The notes under the pieces: model-generated
Told to the model about the DNA's origin: nothing
Seen by the model: only the letters and a program-made list of their open reading frames with translations
Databases searched by the model: none
Part shown: in pieces, positions 54,173-64,000 of the stretch
Layout: each line of letters begins with the position of its first letter
Numbering within the stretch: the first letter of the stretch is position 1
From: Auanema rhodensis
Taxonomy: Eukaryota > Animalia > Nematoda
Reading direction: 5' to 3'
Length of the DNA: 64,000 nucleotides
Assembly: GCA_964057225.1 (NCBI GenBank)
Contig: OZ059898.1
Coordinates: forward strand, 7,254,001-7,318,000
Translations under genes and position numbers: made by a program

Positions 54173-54639
54173 ATCTTAATGTAGATCAAACTTAGCTTTA
54201 TTGGATAGCAATCTCCTTTCTAAAATAATTTATTTACATTACATATAGAATACATTGTAATTAATCTTAAATACTTTTAATATTCTGAGATATCTTCAAA
54301 TTGAAGTATAGAAAGATTAATTTACTTCTTAAACTTTTTGATCTGAAAATTTGAAATTATCAGATAAAAATTGTATGTGGAAGTCGTTGAACTCAAATAC
54401 ATATTTCCTGAAGAATTGATTTTTAATATTATTTGAAATCAAATAAACTTTATTCTTGAGTAACTAGAATCAAAATAATATTTTTAAAATAATTATAGTT
54501 TATTTAAAATATTCTTTTGTTAATTATTGTATTTCTATTACAATAGTGAAATCAGATAATGCAAGTAGATGACATCACTGATTGTTATGATGCTGTTTTC
54601 CATGAGGAATATGAAGGAAGATACAGAAAAGGAAAATTT

Positions 54640-54823
54640 TTTCCCTGACTCCGGATTGAAGCTTCCCATTCGGTCGTTCGTTTATTGGTGTACACGTTCA
54701 ACAGCTGACTTCAACTACCATATATGGCTTCTTCGAGACGTCGTAGACGGAAGTCTTGCGTGCCCTGAAGTCAACGCATATGTGAAGTTGGCGATGATGA
54801 TGATGGCAATTGATGATGACTGA
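54640..54823 (+). mobile_element. Possible degenerate 3' end of an RTE-type non-LTR retrotransposon
   Basis: GC-richer island ending ..NAYVKLAMMMM followed by a (GAT)n tail; the resemblance is weak. Confidence 0.25.
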
Positions 54824-57253
54824 CGTTTTCTGAACGTTTTCTGATTTTGTTTTTTGACTCACTTCATTTCTCTTACTCTCTCTCTGAATTTATCTCTATA
54901 TTTCTCTTCCCTTCCTATCTATCTCTTGGAAAGCTTTTACTTTGTCATGAGCATACACGTCTTCAACACGAGTCATTGTCTGCACATCTGTGACGTCAGA
55001 TTCTGTATTCGATTTCGGTTTCGTTTGATGTTTTAGTTGCATGAGATGAAATTTGAAGACATATATTGTTTCAAACTGTTATGGTACGAGCTTCAACTTT
55101 AAGAGTATTCTTCTTATTATTCTGAAGTACTGGTAGTAAGATGAATGAGCATGTTAACGACCATTCTATTTTTACCTTTTCTTCTTGTTGAACACTACCT
55201 TTGTAAGTAAGTGATTAAGTTTATTTGAATATTTTCATAAATTAACTGAAAACAATGAAAGTTAATTATTCTAGGACGTTCATTCTTCTTATTGCTCTAA
55301 TAATATAGTATAAGTGTATATGAGTGTCTTATTTATATTCTTACTTTTTTATGCTTTTCTCTGTTTCTCTCCTATAAGAATATAATTTCTTTTTTTTTCT
55401 TTCCTTCATCAATTTGGTGTCCAATCTCATTTTTTTTCTTCACAAATATATAAATTCTCATATTTAATATGCATTTATCTAAACTATAATCCATCACATT
55501 TTAGTTAAATTTACTCTTAATAGATCATGAACTTGATGATGTGATAGCATAGTTACGACTAGTTCACCATCACTCCAATTAATTTTTTAAACATATCAGT
55601 CATATTGCTTTTTACGCTTTCACGCCCTCATCAACTTGTTGTAATATTAATAACTTTTGACCACTTTTTTTGTCTTTTAAAACATATGAGGAAACGAAAA
55701 CTTTTCATGATCAATGTTCAAGTAAATGGCCACATTTTCATGCTTATATGAAATAGTTGTAAACTTCCTGAAACAACTTGTTTTCTTTTGAAACAAATTA
55801 GCATTATAGTGTCTTTTTTCGGTTCTTTACTTCATTATCTTAACATTTGATTATGTTATTGGATGTTTAGATGTTTGTACCTAATGTTTTTACTCACTCT
55901 TTGTGGTCTCAGTTTTTACCTTTAATATCTCCTTATCTCAAGTACCCATAATCTCCCTCCCCTTTCTCTCTTTCTCTATCTCTTTCTCCCTCCTCCTCTC
56001 TCTCTCCCTCCTTCTCTCTCTCTTTCTCTCTAAATGTTACCTTTCTTTGAAATAAGTTGTTGCCTTTAACTACTTTACATTCCCTTAATACAGTGTGTAA
56101 TGAAGTTACTCTTGAATCATCATTGAATATGCTAGATGACTTGAATCTATTCATATTGTTGATTGCTGTGGTTTTCATCACGTCATTTAGAGTATTTAAG
56201 TTTGTGAACTCATTGAAGCAAACATTTTGGAATGAACGAACTAAAAGAATCAAGTTAAGTGACATTACATATTCGTTCCAGTATTCGTTTTACCTACATG
56301 TATACATAAGCATATCACATCTTATATAATTCTAAGAATTCAATATACAAATATGAATATGTATCTTTAATAATTAAAATCTAATAATAATCATAATAAT
56401 AATTATTATTATTAAAAGTATTATTATGAAATAATTTATAAAGAAATTGTATTTTTAAGAAAATACAAAAAAAAATTCACTTTAACCATTAGAAAATAAC
56501 TAAATATTATTATATATTTTTATACTTAAAGGTATAAGTATATGAATATATTAATAATTTCTTTAATTTAATACTTTCAAACACATAATTTTAAAAAATA
56601 AGAAAATCTATTTATAGTTTTACTTTAAATGAAATAACAAATTTATGCAAATTACATTTGAACTACAGGTCAAAATTAAATATTTGTAAGCATCAATGAA
56701 AAACCTTATAACTTGAACATCAATTAGGATGAAGTAGAGTTGAAGATTATTGTTAAAGTTAGCTTGTACTTTCATTGTCCCTTTCTATCTATTCTGTTCT
56801 TCAAAATTTTTAAAAACTTATTATACTTTATATACCATATTCAAAAAGTAGTTGATTCAATGTTTTTCCGTTAAAACTTTTATTATCAGGAAAAACATCC
56901 TGTTATGGAATTTTTTTTCATAAAAAAATCCGACGTATTTTTAGAATTTCTATAAACCTATTGAATATACATGCATGTATTAAAGTTTGCTACAATTATA
57001 TTAAAATGTCTAAGCAAAATCAAAGCTAATTCATTTGGCTGGAATTTTGCAAGTTTAAAGAAATGTAAAAGTCTATGTTAAACATTCCATGCTGACATTT
57101 GTACTCAAGACAAAGTGCTATTTCCTTGTTTTAGATATATCATTTTCAGAACAAAAAATTTATCTTTGGTATAGCTTTTGATATAAGGGGATATCATGTC
57201 ATAGAACCAATGCCTTCTAATTGAATAACAGAATTACATGAGCTTTCTGTACA

Positions 57254-57291
<38 letters not shown>

Positions 57292-60200
57292 TTCTCACTC
57301 TCTTTATCTCTCCTCTTCTTTTATTTCTTCTTTCCTCTAACATTCTCTGTTACATTTACTTGTCTATGATCTTCTGCTGTCCATCATCCAACGCCCTCCA
57401 TGGTCCATTTCACCGAGATTTCAGGATACCACTAGCAGATTTCATTAGTAGTGAACCATTCAGAATAGGAAGCTCTTTTCTACCAAATCAACTTCCTACG
57501 TCTTTTATATATCTGGATACAAATACATATACGTATGTATGTATGTGTGTATATAAAATATTTTTGATATTCTGTATTATATACATTCATATCTATCTAT
57601 CTATACTATATGAATATTAGACAATATTCATATTTTCTATTAAAAATATGAAATATATCTTAGATTTATTATTATTATAATAATTATAATTAATCATCCT
57701 ACATATGTATATTTGAACTTTTCTTTCTAAATTTTTAAATTTAAAAGTGCACCTTGATCAACATAATGAGTTTATATCTATATCGAACAATTGAAAGTTG
57801 AGACATATGACATTATTCATTTTGATATTTGAACTCTACTATTTAATAATTCCATAACAGGATGCACTCAAAATCACATAAAGAAATAAACATAGATATA
57901 CATATGTATATATCATTGTTCTTTTATATATAATATAATATTATATATAGTATACGTATATACATATATAGGTACGTAGGTATACAATATTTTTAATTCA
58001 TTGATTTCATCAAATTAGTTTATTTGAGCTTCTTGAATCGAAAAACAATTTAAAAAACAGTTGAAAGCTTTCATAATTCGTCATTTATGCTATCAGGGAG
58101 AGAGAGAGAGAGAGAGAGAGACAACTTTGATCTCTCTATTTTCAGAATCAAAGTATTCATTACGAAAAAAAAATTATTTTTGGTTTAGATCAATTTTTTT
58201 TTCATTCTAGTGGTTGAGGTTGGGTTATTCATTTATAATTATTCTTTTTACTTACCTACTTATAACCTTCACTTTTCATCTTAACTCACTTCATTTATTC
58301 TGATTTAACTATATGTATATACATACTTATATGTATCTATAACCCTAGTTTCATCTTTTTGATTTATTTGAAAACAAAACTCTCGTTTTCCAGTGATGTC
58401 ACTGAAATTAAATTTTTTTATTTTCTTCTTCGACTATATTTAGAATGCGCAAAAATCCTTTTATAGAAAGATGCTCGACCATGTGTGCCTCCCCCTCAAC
58501 AACTTATCTGAGTTCATCGCCACTTCTAATATTTCATAGAAGCCGTAGGCTATAAGTGCTCATTGGGATAGACCATGTTCCAACTTATATATAAACGTTG
58601 GACGTTGCCTAACCCATAACCTCTCTAGCTCATCTACCAGACTTCAACGAATTCAAGTAGATTTTGCTTTCCTTTTCCGCTTTGTCGCCTACAACGTTAG
58701 CGAAATAGCATATTTTCTCATTTTCCCTACTAACTCACATAGATTATACAATATATTATCAAAAATCACTGAATATTTTCTTGATATCTGTTAGTAATTC
58801 GTTCTATTAACTATTAGAAATGACGTGAAGCGATTCCCAAACAAAAAAATTGCCATCACGATCAGCAATGCTATATGAAGATTTTTGAGACTATATCATA
58901 TCAATCATAAATATGAAGTATTGAAATGACTTTTGTTCAGTTTCTCAGACATTTGTACTCCAGAAGTGTTTGAAATGTTCTTTGTTTTTCTCTTTCCCTA
59001 CAAAAAAAATAACAATTTTTGTTAATATGATATACAATTATCCAATTTCCTTAGAAAAATATCAAAACAAGTCTGAACAATAAGTGAACTGAACTTATAA
59101 GCAAACCTTCCTTCTCCACCTACACAAACTAATGTGACACAAACACCCAAAAAAGAAAGTTTTCAACGTCATCCATAGCTTTAATTCTTTAGACCAGTGT
59201 GAACTTCTTGTAAGTCTCTCTGTTCCTTATATGAACTTAGCAGTGCTTGTTCTTAGAGCTATTCACTCACATCTTACTTTCAATTTTTTTAAAACAGATC
59301 ATCATCAACATTGACATTCGAGCATCATCATCAAAGATTACTGTAACCAAGCATGCATTTATCTACAACAAATATCTATTTTAAGCTTCTTGTTATGCGT
59401 TTTGTAGCTAAAAAAAACGTTCACTTGAGCTTATTTCAACAATAACATGGGGAGAGAGAGTGAGAAAGATTATATATTTCGGATATCTTGACGATAAAGC
59501 ATCGATATCAGTACAATAGTTGGCGTACTTACCACGTGTTGCTCTTCGTCCTTTTTTCACTTTTCAATCTTCCCCTTCAATTATCAACAGACACCAACTA
59601 TGAACTAGGTCGATGAGGTCAAGTTCTGAGATGGCTAAATGGTAATAAGATCTTGGTATACGTCAATTCTTCCCACTTCTTCTATTGAATTAAATCTTCG
59701 TTTATCTGATTAATTAAGAAAGAAATTTCTTTAAATTCTGAGATTTTTTGCTCCGCCATCAGTGTTCTCAACTTCAAGCTTCCAAATCTCACCCGTCTCT
59801 CTCCAGGGGCTGTGGAAGCACTCCAGTGCTTTCAGTTCCCTCCAATTATTCACCACAGACAAAGCCCGTTATCATTAAAGCGTTTTGAAAAGAGAAAAAT
59901 TCTTGCTTTAACATTCGGTCATGTTGGCCCTTTTTGTTGTTGTTTTGCTGAATTTCAAAAAGAAGTTGTCACTTAACGGTCGACATCGTTGTCGTCGACG
60001 AAGATGACGATGGACGACGCTCCATCGCACCCGCCCATCATCCTTTCTCTTGTGAAGCAGATAGTGGTTGTAGTATTATGGCAAGTTCTGAATTCAGTCA
60101 TTCGTTTTTCTGGAACACTCTCCAGTCATTGTCATTATTGACTTAGTTGTTTCAGTTACTTTTCCCTTTCTTTATAATTGTCGGTAACATAATTTTAAGT

Positions 60201-61008
60201 TTTTGAAGGCAATTTAAAGAAATCATAAAACATTTTGGACATTATACCAAATCAAATTATTTTCACACAACAAAAAAAATACTAAGTGGAATGCTATCAC
60301 TCTTTATCTGAAAATCTCATAACTTGAATTACCTATACTACAATCATTTATATTATATTTACCTTCTCATATATGTAACTCAGAACAAGTCTTTTATCTC
60401 TAATCACTTTGTTGTGTTAAAAAAAATTTTTTCTGAGATTGTGGCTTGATTTCAATTTCGAAAATTTTTGAATTTAGAGATTGAGAAAGAAATGAAAATT
60501 TTAAATTATTATGTGTATGTGTAAACAATCATTGAAGGGATTCCATTTTTAATTTTAAAAAATCATTTCAAACTTCAATCACACATGCATTGAGTTCTAT
60601 AATCTGTTATATGGCTTACTTAAAAGTTTCTCTCCAAAAACTTGCTAAAGATCTTTTTAATTTTTCTATTCTCTTGCTTTTCATTATCAATATCTCCAGA
60701 CGTTGTTGTTTTGTTGATCTGAAAATCATTCGAATATTGAAACAATTCTACCTTTTCAGAAATTCATTCCTGATTTTGAAAATTCATATGCAAAATATTA
60801 AAATTTTATTTTTAATAATACAAGACATTGCAAGAAATTCAAACTCTAAACGCCTGATTGAACATTTGGCACTTCTGCATATCTTATTTACGTGATTTCT
60901 ACGTCGTATTCATTTGAATTTATGAACAGAAAATAAGATATGATTGTTACTTTCTTTTTTGAACTTTAACTATCTATCTCTCACTCTCTCTCACCCTCTC
61001 TCCCTCTA

Positions 61009-61057
<49 letters not shown>

Positions 61058-63104
61058 CTCTCTCTCTATCTCTCTTCCTTCTTCATTTTTTCAAAAGATT
61101 GCTTACTTTTAGTGTTTCAATCCTTTTATTTTCATGTAGTTGTTCTTGTTTCAGCTTATTGTTCCTGTCATAGACATCCCTTCTCCCCCCCCCTCTCTCT
61201 CTCTCTCTTCATACATTTTTCTCATGTTTCTTCATCGTATCCTCTACCTCTTCTTCTTGAAATCTTCCATTCTGCTCTGACTATTAGTCGCTATCATTAA
61301 ATGTGAAAACTTTCCTTTGGGAAATGTTTCGAAAAGCACAGAGCCAGAGCCGTTAAGCTCCACTAAATACACAATCAGGAAGCTTCACTTCTATTCGTCT
61401 TCAACATCTTCATAATCGGCAAAGAATAGGAAAGATATTCTTTTGTTGTTGAAAGCACAATTGTTACATCATCATCATATAAAAAGAAGGAAACTACATT
61501 TGTTGTTGTGATAAGATTTTTCTAAAATAAGAAAATTCCCTCTTAAGTAGCGACCACAGTTCTCTTCTTTTCCAATTTTTCGATTATTATTTCATCATTA
61601 AGTAGAACAACAATTTATTTTATAAATTACTTGAAATGAATTATCCAGATATAACTAAAGATCCTATTAAGTTCTTAACCAATTTATTAGTCATTCCCTA
61701 TGAACAAGTTTCTATTTTTGCATCGGCTTTTGATCTACTATTGGACTAATTAATTTAAAAAATTTATTGCTGAATTCCAAAAGTATTTAACTCAAAAAAC
61801 TTGAAAAGTTAATAATAAGTGAGAAAAGTCTATTTGGTATATAAAGTTCCAAGCTCAATCATGAGCAAAAAGCAGCTAAAGGGAGGAGCTAACCCAAATG
61901 ATCTAATTGTAAAAATGGCTGGCAGTTATCAAAGTGCATCTAGTTTAGAATTCATTTATATATTGAAAAATGAATAAAAAAACGTCTGCAATTTTGTGAT
62001 AGTAGTCTGAATGAAGGAGGAGACTTATATGAGCATCATGTAAATACAGAGAGCAAGAGAGAGAGAGAGAGAAAGAGAGAGAAGTTTAAGAGAGCAAGAG
62101 AGAAGGAGAGATAAGTTTAAGAGAAAGAGAGAGAGAGAGAGAAAAAAAATTTTCGTAGCTAATGCTTATGTATATAAATGGTGTTCGTTTGCTTATGAAT
62201 TCTTGTGCTTTACCACAACTACGGGAAATAAGAATCTTTCCTAAATTACTTAGTTTCTTGAGTGTAATAACTCTTAATTTCCTTTTAAAGGACATCTCCT
62301 TATGAACATTCAAAGATTTATTCAAACATCTACTGATTTTGATTGCTTTCTATTTAATTCTAGTAGCTTGAAAATTTATTTTGATTGTTCTTTCTCATTT
62401 TAATTTTATTAAAATCTGACATCATTATCCGATACACCTCAAATAACTACCTTCAGCCAGCCCATACACACATCGCTGATTCTGCTTTCACATGGTTGTT
62501 TCAGTTGAAACAACCTTTTTCTCGAAATACGATCCATCTGAGAATCAAGAGGAAAACCATTCAGTTGAATACAATATTACATTCTGCTTTTCTTTATATT
62601 CTTAGGCTTCTTCTTTCACTTTTCCTGCAGCACTTTTCTACTAACATTCCGACTTATTGGCTTCTAGACTATCTTCTGTCTACATCGTTGATTCTAATTG
62701 CTTAATAGAGCTTTATAGTTGGCAGGGAAGTAACGATTGTTCAAAATATATTTTTCCTTTGTAAGAGCAACATATAGCTCAACATCCAATTTGTCTTTTA
62801 CTTTTTCTTATTAAAATTTTCTTTAATTTTCCTTTATTCAAATTATTCTTTCAATTATTCATTCAATACCTCACAATCTTTCATATCTCTCATATCTTGT
62901 ATTTTCCCACCAAACTCTTTTTCTATCTTTGCTCTTATTTCCATGTTAATGTTACTAACAGATTATTCATATTTTAATTTCATGACATAATAATTTATAT
63001 ATTTAATTTAAAATATATATAATATTTAATTATATAATTGTCGCATTTTTATTATATCTTCATATTTTTAAAAATATTTTATTATTTTATTTTTAGGCAT
63101 TTAA

Positions 63105-63772
63105 ATGGCGCCACCGCGCCTTCTACTACTTGTAGGACTATGCGCACTACTTGTGATGTCATCACGGTAAGCTATATAGAAATTCAAGTTTTAAACTTAT
63201 CAGAAAACCTATTATAAATCTTTTTTAATGATAAAATAAAAGTGAATGCAAGACAAATTAATAAACTTAGGACATATGTATGTAAAAGGAAATGAAGAGG
63301 AAATGAAAGAAAAGCTTAGTTGATGTATTCTTAAGAGTTTTAAAAATCAAATAGTTCATGCAAATGAAAAGTAAAGAAAAAATGTTTTTTTTTCTTTTAA
63401 AAATGTAACAAAAATGAATTAGACGAAAAGAATTATCATGACACATGTCTATCAAAACTAATCTTTTTTTTATAAAAACATATTTTTCGAGGATAAAGTC
63501 ATTCTATCTAATAGATGATATATAACTTTTTTTGTCATTATTTTGCATCATTTTCAATTTATTCCAAATTATTTTGTTGTTTTGTTTTCAGAGCCCTATC
63601 TGAACCTGTGAAAGATAAAAAAATGTCCAAGCAAATGTCACCTATTGGACCATCGTATATGAAAAGAGCGCCGTTTTTAGTTCGACCACATCGTACTTTG
63701 GGTAATTCAATGAAAAACATTGTTTGAAACCGTTATTCAAATCTATTTTCAGCGTTACTACTATTATCGTGA
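63105..63772 (+). CDS. Small secreted protein, possible neuropeptide precursor (63 aa)
   Basis: TTTTAG acceptor just before the ATG. Exons 63105-63166, 63592-63701 and 63753-63772 give MAPPRLLLLVGLCALLVMSSRALSEPVKDKKMSKQMSPIGPSYMKRAPFLVRPHRTLALLLLS*. The third exon is uncertain. Confidence 0.55.
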
Positions 63773-64000
63773 CCAAATCTGTTCTTTAAAATACTCTTAT
63801 CGTACACAACACATTCTCGTCTTCGTCGTCCACTTCTCTTCTAAGCCATTTTTCAAGTCGTCGGTGTTGCTGTCGTTCTCATGGCCGTCAAAACGTCTTG
63901 GAATTCAGAATAACTTCAAAATATTTTTAATATAAACATCAGTATACTGTTTCCTGTCACCCATCCTCCATTCGTCTCATACCGTAGTAACATGTAACGC

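Noticed and set aside
58445-58555. Acceptor-ATG short ORF MRKNPFIERCST...
   Set aside because: About 36 codons, with no recognisable motif or in-frame splice partner.
59979-60019. GC-rich hairpin CATCGTTGTC/GATGACGATG
   Set aside because: Too short for a pre-miRNA and built from low-complexity GAC/GAT triplets.
1-64000. CRISPR arrays, rRNA, intact transposase/RT ORFs, non-standard genetic code
   Set aside because: None seen; the genes I traced translate with the standard code once spliced.

Overview
AT-rich eukaryotic DNA, almost certainly from a rhabditid-type nematode. This is inferred from many ~45-nt GT-AG introns, TTTTCAG/TTTTAG acceptors (often just before the ATG, as expected for trans-splicing), and proteins close to C. 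elegans PAT-3, EGL-45 and TTR-52. I spliced 14 protein-coding genes by hand, in order: a kringle-containing type I membrane protein (-), FAIM (+), a DCLK-type kinase (+), uridine phosphorylase (-), integrin beta pat-3 (-), CWC25/mog-3-like (-), a SelS-like membrane protein fused to glutaredoxin (-), CCDC59/TAP26-like (+), SAS-4/CENPJ-like (+), eIF3a (-), KCMF1-like (+), a Not-like homeobox gene (+), ttr-52 (+) and a small secreted peptide (+). The most interesting signals are: (1) an unusually long, heavily base-paired intron in eIF3a; (2) a tRNA-like Pol III A/B-box head fused to a box C/D-like RNA whose 3' half is tandemly duplicated; (3) the SelS-glutaredoxin fusion, with a GC-AG intron just after the CPFC codons; (4) a CWC25 that appears to lack its N-terminal domain; and (5) the Not-like homeobox gene. 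All homology calls come from recognising motifs by eye; no searches were run.
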